From NCBI RefSeq assembly GCF_963921235.1, contig NC_086108.1, forward strand, positions 54,252,001 through 54,316,000: a stretch of DNA of 64,000 bases, written 5' to 3'. The notes beneath the pieces are model-generated. The model worked only from the letters and a program-made list of their open reading frames with translations, made no database searches and had not been told where the DNA came from. The DNA is from Mobula hypostoma. Its lineage: Eukaryota. The position numbers and the translations under genes are program-made. Positions 1 to 14,389 of the stretch are shown here, piece by piece; the first letter of the stretch is position 1, and every line of letters begins with the position of its first letter.

Positions 1-3000
1 TAAATCGCGAAAAGATATTATACCTTTGGTTTTCCAATCAAAGTAAGCTTGATCCATTGTGGAAGATTGAAAAAGAAAATTTGATATAATGGGACTTGCT
101 AGAATAAATTGATTAAACCCAAAAAATCTTCGGAATTGAAACCATGTACGTAAAGTATGCTTAACTATTGGGTTATTCATTTGTTTATATAATTTAAAAG
201 AAGTAAAAGGAAGTGAAGTTCCTAAAACCGAACCCAAGGAAAACCCTTGTAATGAATTAGATTCAAGATTTACCCAATGAGGGTTTAAAGATACGTCCAA
301 ATCTCGTAACCAAAATTTTAAATATCGAATATTAATTGCCCGGTAATAAAATCTAAAATTCGGGAGGGCGAGCCCCCCCTCCTTTTTAGATTTCTGTAGA
401 TACTTTTTACCTAACCTAGGATTTTTATTCTGCCAAATATGTGAGGAAATTTTTGAATCTACGTTATCAAAAAAAGATTTGGGGATGAAAATTGGAACCG
501 ATTGGAATATATACAAAAATTTGGGCAAAATGATCATCTTAATAGCATTAATCCGACCAATCAAAGACAAAGAGATTGGCGACCATTTGGTAAATAAAAG
601 TTTAATCTGATCAATTAAAGGTAAAAAGTTAGCTTTAAATAAATCTTTATATTTTTTCGTAATTGTTATCCCTAAATATATAAATGAATCAGTAACCAAT
701 TTAAATGGTAAACGTCCATAAGTAGGTACATCCTTATTTAAAGGGAATAATTCACTCTTATTAAGATTCAATTTGTAACCAGAGAAGTTACTAAATTGAG
801 CTAACAGATCTAAGATGGCAGGAATTGACTTCTCCGGGTTAGAGATGTATAACAACAAATCATCTGCATATAATGATAATTTATGTATTTCGTTCCCACG
901 GGTAATACCAACAATATTTGGCGAGTCACGAATAGCAATTGCTAAAGGTTCAAGAGCAATATTGAATAGTAAAGGACCAAGAGGGCAACCTTGCCTAGTG
1001 CCACGAAAAAGACGAAAAAAAGGAGATCTATAATTATTTGTACAAACCGAGGCTACCGGGGAGTAATATAACAATTTAATCCAAGATATAAATGTCAAAT
1101 TAAAATTAAATTTCTCAAGAACATTAAATAAATAAGGCCATTCAACTCTGTCAAAGGCTTTCTCAGCATCTAATGAGATAATACATTCCGGGGTAGTAAA
1201 TGAGGGAGTATAAACAATATTCATTAACCTCCTAATATTAAAGGATGAATAGTGATTTTTAATAAATCCGGTTTGATCCATAGAAATAATTTGAGGTAAC
1301 ACCTTCTCCAATCTAGTTGCTAGAATTTTCGAAAAAATTTTAGTGTCTACATTCAGAAGAGATATCGGTCTGTATGATGCACAATCAGTAGGATCTTTAT
1401 TCTTTTTAAGAATTAAGGAAATAGAGGCTTCATAAAACGATTGTGGTAATTTACCTAAACTGATTGCTTCCTTGAATATTCTAGACAATTTAGAAGAAAG
1501 AATGGAGGAAAAAAATTTTAAAAATTCCACTGTAAACCCATCCGGACCGGGTGCTTTACCAGAATTCAATGATGAGATTGCAGTTATTACTTCTTCCTCT
1601 GAAATGGAAGTTTCTAATGATAGGGACTCTTCAGGTGATAATTTCGGAAAACTCCATTTACTTAAAAAATCATGCATGAAATTAGAATCATGAGGAAAAT
1701 CAGAGTGATATAAAGAGGTATAAAATTCTTGAAAGGTTTGGTTTATCCCAGCATGATCAACTGTGAAAGTATCATCCTGTTTACGAATCTTAGTAATTTG
1801 ACGTTTAACCGAATCAAATTTCAATTGGTTAGCCAGTAATTTACCCGATTTATCGCTATGAATATAAAAATCACTTCTAGTTCTCATTAATTGATTTTCG
1901 ATCGAGGATGTTAATAATAAGCTATGTTCCAATTGGAGTTCAACTCTGTGTTTGTACAGCTCCTTACTGGGAGAAATAGCATATTTTTTTATCGACTTCT
2001 TTAATTTTATCAACCAACAAAAGTATTTCATTGTTAACACGTCTTTTCAAACCAGCCGAATAGGAAATAATCTGACCACGGATATAAGCTTTAAAGGCGT
2101 CCCAAACAGTTCCATTGGAAACTTCTTCCGTAGTATTAGTTGAAAAGAAGAAATCAATCTGCTCCTTTATAAATTTGACAAAGTCCTGATCTTGAAGCAA
2201 AATAGGGTTAAATTGCCATTGTCTGCTAGTGCAAGAGGTGTCCATTAACTTGATGGAAAGTTTCATTGGAGCATGATCTGAAATAACAATAATGTCATAA
2301 TTACAATCAACTACATATGGAATCAAACGAGAGTCAATCAAGAAATAATCAATTCGGGAAAAAGAACGATGAACATGTGAAAAAGAGGAGAATTCCTTAT
2401 CATTTGGATGTAGAAATCTCCAAATTTCTGAAATCCCAGAATCCAACATGAAAGAGTTAATAATAGTAGCGGAGTTATTCGGTAAAGCCGGACTAGCTAT
2501 GAATCTGTCCAACATGGGATTCAAACATAAATTAAAATCACCGCCCGTTATCAACATATATTCATTTAAGTTAGGAAAGGAAGTGAATAAGTGTTTAAAA
2601 AATTCAGGATAATCCACATTCGGAGCATAAACATTAACCATAGCGACCTTTTTATTAAAAAGTACCCCAGTAATTAACAGAAATCTGCCATTAGGATCTG
2701 AAATAATGTCTTGATGAATAAATGTAATTGAAGGATCAATAAAAATTGAAACGCCTTTAATTTTGGCTTGAGCATTTGAGTGGTATTGTTGTTTTTTCCA
2801 AAACTTAAAGAAGCGTTGATTGTCCTCTTTCCTTACATGAGTCTCTTGTGCAAAAATAATATGAGCATTCTGTCTTTGGAACACTTTGAAAACTTTTTTC
2901 CGTTTTATTGGATGGTTTAAACCATTTGTATTCCAAGAGACAAAATTAATAGTATGAGCCATAATTAAGAATTAACCCTTTGGTGAGTAAGGGGTTAACC

Positions 3001-4841
3001 ATAATGTGAGCTCATGAAATCGGAAGAGGAATACATGATTAGAGAGGAACCGGAAATCTCGACACTGCGGACATCTTTGTAGTTCTGAATCAGCCCAATA
3101 GAAAAAATTAGAAAAGAAAAAGACTATCCCATCTCCCAACCCCAAGAACCCTGAACGAAGCCAAAGAAGGCTGAAGAAAGCTCTAACTAAAACCAACTCT
3201 AACCCCATTTCTGCAGGGGGCAACTCCAAAAATATATGTTAAATAGGTGACCTCCCAGAGACTAATATATGTAAAAAATAACCAGTATAATAATTAGTCT
3301 ACATAGTAAAAATTACTAAATATATGAAATTAAAAAAAACTTAGTCAATACGTATAATTAGTTATAGACGAGTAAATAAAAAATCACTTCCAAAAGGAAA
3401 AAAAGGATTATGGGAAGAAGAAGCGTAAGAACGTGGCGTCCTGAAAAAAAACAAAGGAGGTTATACAAAAAGAAAGACCAGTCGCCATTTTAATTATGCG
3501 AAAACCAAAAATAGGAAACATATAACTAAAACTGATCGTCAGATCAGATCATTAATGATAACGAAAAAGGAAAAGTTAAAACAAGAGGTTAACGAAAGAA
3601 AAATGATGTTATTCACAGGAGATAAGTATTCTATATAAGGTATAGAATAACAGCTATAGTAATAAACAAAGAACAAAAATCTTGGACTTACATAAAAAAA
3701 AACCTTCATCACACGGTAGTAAAAGGTTTATTTTAAAAAAACACCAGAAAGAAAAAAAAATTGGTGCTGGAAGCACCCGACGCAGATTAAGAGAGGGTGT
3801 CTGTATCAGATGGGAAATTATCATCCAAGAAGCTTCGAGCGGCAGTGGTAGAGTGGAAGACACGACGATTTCCATCGGGAAGAGAGATTCTGAGACGTGC
3901 AGGATACAATAGTGCCGGTTTGAGATTTTTTTGATAGCATTCCGACATTCGAGGTTTAAAAGTCAGTCGTTCCTTCATCACTTCAGGACTATAATCTTGA
4001 ACTATCCTGAAGGAATGCTAGCGATACTTGATCATCCCTTGTCGACGAGCAGTCTGGAGAAGTTGTTCTTTAACATTGACATAATGGAAACGAAGAATAA
4101 CTGGTCTGGGTTTAGAAATAGCCGCTGCCGACTTTATCCACAGTACACGATGGGCGCGGTCGAGTAATGGAGGATCGTTGGGAAAAACTGAACCGAACGA
4201 ATCCTTTAAAAGTTGAGCAAAGAATATTGCAGGGTCTCCAACCTCAACATCCTCGGGTAAGCCAATTAAACGTAAGTTTTGTCTTCTCGATCGATTCTCA
4301 AGATCAATAACTTTGGATTTAAGTTGTTGGAGTTGTTTAGTAGTCGAAGCTAGATTCTTCTCTAAGATCTCAACTTTTGTATCCGTCTTCTGAGATTTAG
4401 TATCCAGTTCAGAAATTTTTGCATCGTGTTTTTGAACATCAGAATCCAGGGATTTCAAAGAGTCCGTGATTGATTTTAAATCTTCATTGAGGCTTTGGCG
4501 ATGTTGTTCAAATTGAGCAGTTAAACTTTCAGATAATTTTATCCGATGCTGCTCAAACATTTCCTCTATAACTTCGTAAGTTAATTCCGTTTATTTGGAA
4601 TCACCTTTCTTCTTTCCTCCGTTCCCATCAGCGTCTTTCCCATCTTTAGTTCTAGATCTCGTACTCATTTCTCTAAGCTCGAGAGTTACAGTTGACAAAA
4701 GGAAATCAATTAATCAGTAAATCAAGAAGATCAAGTAAATCTTCTGGTGTACGTAAAGTTGATTAGATCAAGGAGATCATAGGTTAAAAAAAGGGTAACG
4801 GGAATGGAGCGAAGCCAAAGAAACGACCTCACTCCATGAGC
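1..4841 (-). mobile_element. L1/Tx1-clade LINE, 5'-intact, running off the left window edge; disrupted
   Basis: ORF1 4668->3787 has the L1 ORF1 motif DLENRSRRQNLRLIGLPE and in-frame stops at 4591-4593 and 4018-4020. ORF2 starts at 2962 with an APE endonuclease (SWNTNGL, QETH, GGDFN, SRIDYF, SDH), frameshifts near the T-run at ~1985, then carries RT motifs ([15 protein letters not shown]) toward position 1. Confidence 0.92.
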
Positions 4842-4849
4842 ACTCCCTG

Positions 4850-6265
4850 CAGAATCCGTGAATGAGATTTGTAGTGGGGTTTGGACCTGCATGTTAGTGT
4901 AAAGGAACTGCAGGTAAAAACAGCTATGTGAGAGGTCCTTGTCAGAAATGGGGTGTTTGTGCAGCAAACTGAGTAGAGATGGGAAAGTTGTTGGAAGGTA
5001 TTCTGAGGGTCCGGATATATGTGTGTTTGGATAGACATGGACTAATTAAAGATAGTCTGCATGGCTTTGTGCATGGTAGGTTATGTCTAACCAATCTTGT
5101 AGAGTTTTTTTGAGGAAGTTACCAGGGGAGTGGATAAAGACAAGGCAGTGGATGTTATCTATGTGGACTTCAGGAAAGCATTTGACAAGGTCCCATGTGG
5201 GAGGCTGGTCAAGAAGGTTCAGTCACTGGGCATTCAGGATGAGATAGTAAATTGGATTGGACATTGGCATTGTGGGAGAAGCCAGAGTGGTAGTAGAGGG
5301 TTGCCTCTCTGACTGGAGGCCTGTGACTAGTGGTGTGCCACAGGGATTAGGTGCTGGGTCCTTTGTAGTTTGTCATCTATATCAATGATCTGGATGATAA
5401 TGTGGTTAACTGGATCTGCAAATTTGTGGATGACACCAAGATTGGGGGTGTAGTGGACAGGGAGGAAAGCTATCATGGCTTGCTGGAAAAATGGACTGAA
5501 AAATGGCAGATAGAATTTAATGCAGACAAGTACGAGGTGTTGCACTTCGGTAGGTCTTGCACAGTGAGGTGTGTAGTAGAACAAAGTGATCTGGGAATAC
5601 AGGTACATAATTCATTGACAGTGACAGGTAGATAGGATCATAAAGAAAGCTTTTGGCACATTGGCCTTCGTAAATAATGAATCAATGAGTACAGAAGATG
5701 GGATGTTATATGGAAATTGTGTAAGACATTGGTGAGGCCTAATTTGGAATATTGTGTACACTTTTGCTCACCAACCTACAGGAATGTAAACAAGGTTGAA
5801 AGGGTGTAGTGAAAATTTACAAGGATGTTGCTGGGTCTGCAGGACCTGAGTTGTAAGGAAAGATTGAAGAGGTTAGGACTGTATTTGTTTAGAATGTAAA
5901 AGACAGAGGAGATTTGATAGAAGTATTCAAAATTATCAAGGGTAAATTCAAGCACACTTTTTCCACTGAGGTTGTGTGGGACTACAACTAGAGGTCATGA
6001 GTTAAGGGTGAAAGGTAAGAAGTTTGAGAAACATGAGGGGAAACCACTTCACTCAAGAGGGTTGTGAGAGTGTGGAATGAGCTGCCAGCAGCAGTGGTGC
6101 ATGTGAGTTTGACGTTTAAGAGGAGTTTGGATAAGTACATGGATAGTAGTGGTATGGAGGGCAATGGTCCTGGTGCAGGTTGATGGGAGTAGGCAGTTTC
6201 AATGGTTTTGGCATGGACTAGATGGGCCAAGGGGCCTGTTTCTGTGCTGTACTTCTATGTCTATA
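4850..6265 (+). mobile_element. CR1 LINE 3' fragment, degraded
   Basis: RT pieces (DFRKAFDKVP, KFVDDTKIGG) and a CR1-type 3' tail ending tctgtgctgtacttctatgtct. Confidence 0.85.
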
Positions 6266-6611
6266 ATGGGTTTGGATGACAGAACTGCTGTATGATTGGA
6301 AGATTATTATGGGAGGTGGGTGATGTTTGAAAAGCAGTGGTAGTTGTTAGAACTGGCTGAGATGGAGGTTATTTGGCAGATTAATAAGGGGGTAAGGGGA
6401 ACTTAAGTGGAATTGTGGGTTGTGAAGGAGCTTCAGAATAAGTCATCATGACAGTTAAGTAAAAGACTTGGTCTTTGTCATGATGGAGGGTGTAGACTCC
6501 ATAGCCTGAAGCTGCTTGATCGTGTCTTTTTAAAATAACAAAGTTAACTTCACAAACAGCTCCACAGATGCATGATCCACGAAGGATATCCAGGGGTACA
6601 TTTATTTAATC

Positions 6612-6740
6612 ACAAACAAGAGAAAATCTGCGGATGATGGAAATGCTAATAACACACACAAAATGCTGGAGGGACTCAGCAGGCCAGGCAGTATCTATGG
6701 AAAAGAGTACAGTTGACATTTCAGGGCGAGCTCCTTCAGC
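6612..6740 (-). mobile_element. Old Penelope-like terminal repeat fragment
   Basis: Similar to the younger Penelope termini in this window (acacaaaatgctggagggactcagcaggccaggcag); hammerhead core decayed. Confidence 0.65.
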
Positions 6741-7914
6741 ATTTAACTTTCCTTTGTGGGTTAGCAAGTCAAATGATTGAAGAAACTAAAAGAAAAATTA
6801 CATACTTGATGGAACTTCCTTGAAGTCCACTTTTTTCCCTGTTTTTTTTTGAAATTATGTTGTACAGTACAGAGTGATATACTGCATGATCCACTTTCTT
6901 GGCTATTAACTTCTCTTAAGATGGAAGTATAATACGATCACTAAGTTCGCAAAACGTATTTCCCTTTGGTAATAAAATTAAGAGATTGCTGACTTATGAC
7001 GGAAGAGTTGAGATTTTTGAGGGTTGAAACTTCGGAGTTTTCATTATCGGTGTGTTGGGAGCAGAGTTTTTGAATCGTTTTTGAGTAAGTTTTTGTTTAG
7101 AAAGTTAGTGAAAGGTTACTGGAGTTTAATAATATAAAACTGAGGTTGTATCACAATAATCTTATTGAATGGCAGAGCAGACATGAAAGGCCAAATAGTG
7201 TATGTTTGTATTTGCATGATCTTATAATTGGAAGAAGTGCAGAATTTCATTTTCAAGTCAGGATCTCAATATTTTGAACATTCTCTCCACCTATTAGTAG
7301 AGAAGTAGATTCTTCATTTGCAATGAAACATCATACAACAATGCAGTAATACTGTTGGTATACTTTAAACTGCATTCCTTATGAAAGAACTTTTACCTGC
7401 CCCACATACCCCCATCCCCACCACCAGTTACATTTCCCATTATGCTTGTGTTTTCCATATAAATCTAGCGCATGTGACTGAAGTGTTGTTTTGAACTTGA
7501 CTGGTCAGCAATTTCTTTTGGACAATACTGCCTTATTTCTGAATTCTATCTTTATCAGAGTGCATGCGTGCTGATCTTTTGTGGTTTCTGTTTACACTAG
7601 GCAGTGCTGTGTAAGCTAAAAGCCCCAAATGGTGCAGCATTGCAAAGCATAAAAGGTGAGGTCAAACAATAAACAGTCTAGAATGTTGGGGCTCCTGTAA
7701 CCTTAATAACAAGTACAAAGGCTTGAATTTTCAGGTTTTAAAAAAAAACACTTTATTTTCAACATACTTTCAGATATCCATTTAAATTGTATGTAATTTG
7801 AACAAATCTATTTAAATTGTGAAGCTCTTTAAAGTTTTATATGCACTTATTTGATGGGACACTTGTAATTATTAATCTAGGGTATGTTGAATTTCATGTG
7901 ATGATTAGTTATTA

Positions 7915-8355
7915 ACCAATTCAAAGTAAATTCATTATCAGAGTATGTATATGTCACCGTATACAACCCTGAAATTAGTTTTCTTGCAGGCATTCAGGGT
8001 AGAACAACGAAATACAATAGAATCAATAAAAATTACACACAAACATACTGGCAAACAACCAATGTGCAAAAGAAGACAAACTGCAAATACGAAAAACCCC
8101 CAATGATAATACATAAATAATACTGAAAACATGAGTTGTAAAGTCCTTCAAAGTGAGCCCATACGTTATGAAATCAGTTCACGGTTGAGGTGAGTAAAGT
8201 TATCCATGCTGGTGTAGGAGCCTGATGGTTGAAAGGTAATAACAGTACCTGATCCTGGTTGTGTGAGATCTAAGTCTCTGTACCTCCTCCATGATGGCAG
8301 CAGCGAAAAAAGAGCATGATGGATGCTGCTTTCTTGTGGCAATGCTCCTTGTAGA
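7915..8355 (-). mobile_element. Rex-Babar-like LINE 3' fragment
   Basis: Shares its 3' UTR with the Rex-Babar copy at 39595-40552 (atcaccacatacaaccctga ... gatggcagcag). Confidence 0.65.
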
Positions 8356-10686
8356 TGTTACATGACCATGGGTTTCATTTACTGTGGGTGTCACTTTGAG
8401 CGCCTGGACGAGGCGGGTGGATGATGGCAGTATAACAAAATGCGGACAGACTGCTGGGACACTCCGAGAGGGGGAGGGAGGGGGAGAGAGAGAGAGAGTG
8501 TTAAGACTTTGGACTGCGAGCTGGCGCTTGCAACAGTAATGGGTGAAGTTTGATGTTTTCCCATGCCCAAAGGATTGGGTGAATGAGTGGCACACAGTGC
8601 ATATTGGGTATGTGACTGCCACTTCTTATGATCCATACGTGGATTTTTGGAGTATTCTGTGGCGACCACTTTCGTTAACCCTTACATGGATTCGAGTGTG
8701 TTATGTGGTGTCCACTTGTGCTAAGGAATATCCCGTGACTGTCACCTTGTAATATCTCTACGTGGATTTTGGAATACAACTCGATGGCTGAGATCTTCTG
8801 TGACTGTTACTTCGTTTTCCCAGCATGGAACATGTAGAATTCTTCGTGATCGCCTCCTCATTGCATTTTAATATGGGTTTACAAGTTTCTCCCCTCAGCT
8901 GTTCCGTGGATAGCTGAAGCTTGAAGACTTTAAGAACTGTTCTTAAGCTTGAAGGTTTGGGAGCCACAAATGCATAACACTGTTAACTTCTGTTTAGAAG
9001 AGTAGTTTGTTTAATTTTCTATATTTTGAGTAGATACTAATAAATACAGGTGTCCCCCGCTTTTCGAATGTTTGCTTTATGACACCTTGCTGTTATGAAA
9101 GACCTACATTAGTTACCTGGTTTCGCTAACAGAAGGTGTTTACACTGTTACGAAAAAAGGCAGCGTGCGATAAAAGGCTGCATGCGCCCCGAGCAGCTGC
9201 TCTTCCCCCAGAACTGCATTCCAGCCGGCATTGCTTAAACACGTGCCTGTGAGCAGCCGTTAGCAAGATGAGTTCTAAGGTATCGGAAAAGCCTAAGGGT
9301 GTTACACTTAGCGAAAACTAGATATAATTAAGCGTTTTGATCGTGGTGAACAAAGAAAGGAAAAAGTGAGTTTGGCTTGTGGAAGTTGATGAAGATGATG
9401 TTGAAGAGGTTTTGGCATCCCATGACCAAGAACTGATAGATGAAGAGCTGATGCAATTGGAAGAGGAAAGGATAACAATCGAAACCGAATGCAGTAGCGA
9501 ACGGACCGAAAGTGAAGTCGTTCAGGAACTGAACGTGAAACAACTGCGTGAGATTTTCGCTGCGATGATTGCAGAAAAGTATGTCTTTAATTTTGAAAGG
9601 GTACGTAGGTTTAGGGCATATTTGCAGGATGGTCTGAGTGCTTACAAAGAACTGTATGATAGAAAAATGTGCGAGGCTAAGCAGTCAAGCATACTGTCGT
9701 TTTTCAAGCCTTCTACATCAGCCACAGCAGACAACAAACCTAGACCTTCTACATTGAAGCAGGCAGACGAAGATGATCTGCCTGCCCAGATGGAAACAGA
9801 TGACAATGAAATGACACCTCAGTGTTCCACCACCCCAGTGGTCCCAACCTCCGGGCTGCAGACCGATACATTGCTGCGAAGCATGCAATGGTGCAGCGGT
9901 AGCCAGGACGCACCCAGCACATCTTTAAGAAAAAAAAGCCAAAATAAACAAGCTAATTAATTACGTGCTGGGTGGCACCTAATTAATTAGCTTGTTTATT
10001 TCGGCTTTTTTCTTAAAGATATGCTGGGTGCGTCCCGGCTACCGCTGCACCACTGAATGCTTCGCGGATCGGTATCGGACGGCGGCCCGGAGGTTGGGGA
10101 CCTCTGCACCATCCCAACCTCCGACGACTCAGCATAACAAACCATCATCAGTGTGCTCGGCGCTGTCTTCCCGATTCCAGTAAGTGATACTACACTGTAA
10201 TACATTATTTCTACTTTATATAGGCCATGTATTTTTATGTGTTATTTGGTATGATTTGGCAGCTTCATAGCTTAAAGGTTACTGGAGAGAGTGTTTCAGC
10301 CGAGAGCGCTTGCACCGTGTTTCTGCAGAGAGCACTCACGTGGGATTTTTGCTATGGTGGACAGTGCGGCAATGATTGTAGAAAAGTATTTCTACTTTAT
10401 ATAGGCTGTGTATTTATCATATTATTCCTGCTTTTACTATATGTTACTGTTATTTTAAGTTTTATGTGTTATTTGGCACGATTTGGTAGGTTATTTTTTG
10501 GGTCTGCGAACGCTCACAAATTTTTCCCATATAAATAAATGGTAATTGCTTCTTCACTTTACGACATTCCAGCTTACAAACAGTTTCATAGGAATGTTCT
10601 ACCTTCAGATGGTGGGGGAAACCTGTATAGTGGTTTAACATTAAACTCTGACTCAGTTTGTGGTCTTTTGCTGCTGGTACATAACA
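8356..10686 (+). mobile_element. Probable solo LTR (~750 bp) interrupted by a Tigger-like element
   Basis: Begins TGTTAC and ends GGTACATAACA (imperfect inverted termini). AATAAA lies ~60 bp before the end once the TA-inserted transposon is removed. Internal short direct repeats are present. Flanks taga/tgga give only an imperfect TSD. Confidence 0.5.
9047..10625 (+). mobile_element. Non-autonomous Tigger/pogo-like DNA transposon, copy 1
   Basis: TA TSDs; TIRs caggtgtcccccgc.../...gtgggggaaacctg; N-terminal HTH remnant (MSSKVSEKP...IIKRFDRGE) joined to the acidic C-terminal tail (ORF 9379-9960); no DDE core; internal palindrome. Confidence 0.88.
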
Positions 10687-11342
10687 TGGATTATAATAAC
10701 TTATTCATAGAGCACTTTTCTTATAAATGATGTCGATCAAACTGAAATAACCTGCAAACATGAAAAATAAAGATGTTAGTTAAAAGCAAAGTTAAATAAA
10801 TAGGTTTTGAGCTGGCATTTAAGTGTCAAATGAGTCTGCATCTCTTATAGTATTAGCTATTGAGTTCTGCAGTTTAAATGGTTTTGTTTATTATCAGAGT
10901 ATGTATACAGTATAGAACCTGAAATACTTGTCTTTGCAGACATCCACAAAAAAACAGAAAAACCCCAAAGAATGAACGACAGAAAAACATTAGAATCCCA
11001 AAACCCCCTCTGCCCCCTCCCCTGCACAAGCAGCAGAAAGCATCAACCTCCCCCTCCCCCTTCCACCCATTTCAGCAAAAAGCATCAGTGCCCACCACCC
11101 ACCAAGCAACAGCAAAGCACCCAAAGAGATGCCATGATCTGCAGTCAACAACAGCTTTTGTTTACTTGATGTCAGTAATCTTTTGAGGGGGATTGTTTAA
11201 ATTTAAGAGACTGGTGAAAGAAGACCCAAGAGTTCGAGCAGAATTATAAAAGAGAAAGCAATTTTTGTGGTGTACTCTAGTCTCAGACCAGTGAAAAGAA
11301 AGAAGATGTGTTTAAAGTACTAAAAGGACAGGTTGCACTTGA

Positions 11343-14300
11343 ATCCCAGGGGAGCAGGGAGGTTTGCTGAGGCTACTGGGGCGAGTTTAAACTAGAATTG
11401 TTGGGGTGGGAACCAAACTGAAGAGACTGGGGAAGAGGAGGTTGGCTCACAAATAGAGAAAGCTTGTAGACAGTGCGAGAGGGAGATAGGCAGGTGATAG
11501 AGAAGGGACGCGCTCAGACCGAAGGTTTGAGATGCGTCTATTTTAACGCAAGGAGTGTTGTGAACAAAGCGGATGAGCTTAGAGCATGGATCAGTACTTG
11601 GAGCTATGAATGTGTGGCTATTACAGAGACTTGGATGGCTCAGGGACAGGAATGGTTACTTCAAGTGCTGGGCTTTAGATGTTTCAGAAAGGACAGGGAG
11701 GGAGGCAAAAGAGGTGGGGGCGTGGCACTGTTGATCAGAGATAGTGTCACGGCTGCAGAAAAGGTGGGTGCAATGGAGGGATTGTCTACCGAGTCTCTGT
11801 GGGTGGAGGTTAGGAACAGGAAGGGGTCAATGACTTTACTGGGTGCTTTTTATAGGCCACCCAATAGTAACAGGGATATCAAGGAGAAGATAGGGAAACA
11901 GATCCTGGAAAGGTGTAATAATAACAGAGTTGTCATGATGGGAGATTTTAATTTCCCGAATATCGATTGGCATCTCCCTAGAGCAAGGGGTTTAGATGGT
12001 ATGGAGCTTGTTAGGTGTGTTCAGGAAGGTTTCCTGGCACAATATTAGATAAGCCTACAAGAGGAGAGGCTGTACTTGATTTGGTATTGGGAAATGAACC
12101 TGGTCAGGTGTCAGATCTCTCAGTGGGAGAGAATTTTGGAGATAGTGATCATAATTCTATCTCCTTTACAATAGCATTGGAGAAAGATAGGAAGAAACAA
12201 GTGAGAAAAGTGTTTAATTGGAGTCAGGGGAATTAATGAGGCTATCAGGCAGGAAATTGGAAGCTTAAATTGGAAACGTTCTCAGGGAAAAATACGGAAG
12301 AAATGTGGGAAATGTTCAGGGGATATTTGTGTGGAGTTCTGCATAGGTATGTTCCAACAAGACAGGGAAGTTATGGTAGGGTACAGGAACCGTGGTGTAC
12401 AAAGGCTGTAATAAATCTAGTTAAGAAAAGAAAAGCTCACACAAGGTTCAGAGAGCTAGGTAATGTTAGAGATCTAGAAGATTATAAAGCCAATAGGAAG
12501 GAGCTTAAGAAGGAAATTAGGAGAGCCAGAAGGGGCCATGAGTAGCCTTGGCGGGCAGGATTAAAGACAACCCCAAGGCATTCTACAAGTATGTGAAGAG
12601 CAAGATGATAAGACATGAAAGAATAGGACCTATCAAGTGTGACAGTGGGAAAGTATGTATGGAACCGGAGGAAATAGCAGAGGTACTTAATGAATACTTT
12701 TGCTTCAGTATTCACTACGGAAAAGGATCTTGGTGATTGTAGTAATGACTTGCAGCAGACGGAAAAGCTTGAGCATGTAGATATTAAGAAAGAGGATGTG
12801 CTGAAGCTTTTGGAAAGCATCAAGTTGGGTAAGTCGCTGAGACTGGAAGGGATGTACCCCAGGCTACTGTGGGAGGTGAGGAAGGAGATTGCTGAGCCTC
12901 TGGCGATGATCTTTGCATCATCAATGAGGACGGGAGTGGTTCCGGAGGATTGGAGGGTTGCAGATGTTGTTGCTTTATTTAAGATAGGGAGTAGAGATAG
13001 CCCAGAAAATTATAGACCAGTGAGTCTTACCGCAGTGGTTGGTAAATGGATGGAAAAGATCCTGAGAGGCAGGATTTATGAATATTTGGAGAGGTATAAT
13101 ATGATTAGGAATAGTCAGCATGGCTTTGTCAAAGGCAGGTCGTGTCTTACGAGCTTGATTGAATTTTTTTGAGGATGTGACTAAACACATTGATGAAGGA
13201 AGAGCAGTAGATGTAGTGTATAGGGATCTCAGTAGAACATTTGATAAGGTACCCTATGCAAGGCTTATTGAGAAAGTAAGGAGGCATGGGATCCAAGGGG
13301 ACGTTGCTTTGTGGATCCAGAAATGGCTTGCCGACAGAAGGCAAAGAGTGGTTGTAAACGGGTCATATTTTGCATGGAGGTTGGTCACCAGTGGAGTGCC
13401 TCAGGGATCTGGTCTCGGACCCTTACTCTTTGTGTTTTTTATAAATGACCTGGATGAGGAAGTGGAGGGATGGGTTAGAAAATATGATGATGACACAAAG
13501 GTTGGGCATGTTGTAGATAGTGTGGACGGCTCGCAGAGGTTAGAGCGGGACATTGATAGGATGCAAAACTGGGCCGAGAAGTGGCAGATGGAGTTCAACC
13601 CGGACAAGTGTGAAGTGGTTCATTTTGGTAGGTCAAATATGATGGCAGAATATAGTATTAATGGTAAGACTCTTGGCAGTGGGGAGGTTCAGAGAGATCT
13701 TGGGGTCGAAGTCCATAGGACGCTCAAAGCAGCTGCGCAGGTTGACTCTGTGGTTATGAAGGCGTACGGTGTATTGGCCTTCGTCAATCGTAGAATTGAA
13801 TTTAGGAGCTGAGAGGTAATGTTGCAGCTGTATAGGACCCTGGTCAGACCCCACTTGGAGTACTGTGCTCAGTTCTGGTTGCCTCACTACAGGAAGGATG
13901 TGGAAACCATAGAAAGAGTGCAGAGCAGAAGTATGTTGCCTGGATTGGGAAGCATGCCTTGTGAGAATAGGTTGAGTGAACTCGGGCTTTTCTCCTTGGA
14001 TGGATGAAGGATGAGAGGTGACCTGATAGAGGTGTATTAGATGATGAGAGGCATTGATCGTGTGGATAGTCAGAGGTTTTTTCCCAGGGCTGAAATGGTT
14101 GCCACAAGTGGACACAGGTTTAAGGTGCCGGAGAGTAGGTACAGTGGAGATGTCAGGGGTAAGTTTTTTACTCAGAGAGTGGTGAGTGTTTGGAATAGGC
14201 TGCCAGCAATGGTGGTGAAGGTGGATATGATAGGGTCTTTTAAGAGACTTTTGGATAGGTACATGGAGCTTAGAAAAAAAGAGGGCTATAGGTAAGCCTA

Positions 14301-14386
14301 GTAATTTCTAAGGTAGGGACATGTTTGGCACAACTTTGTGGGCCGAAGGGCCTGTATTGTGCTGTAGGTTTTCTATGTTTCTATGT
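11343..14386 (+). mobile_element. CR1 LINE with near-complete but frameshifted ORF2 (APE + RT)
   Basis: YFNARS, ITETW, MGDFN, GVPQGS, KYDDDTK, RPHLEYC motifs; tail (ttctatgt)n. Confidence 0.93.
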
Positions 14387-14389
14387 TAT

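Noticed and set aside
7601..7610. Possible 10-nt micro-exon (ctag|GCAGTGCTGT|gtaagc) with upstream TGCATG
   Set aside because: Such motifs arise by chance and there is no conservation or expression evidence here.
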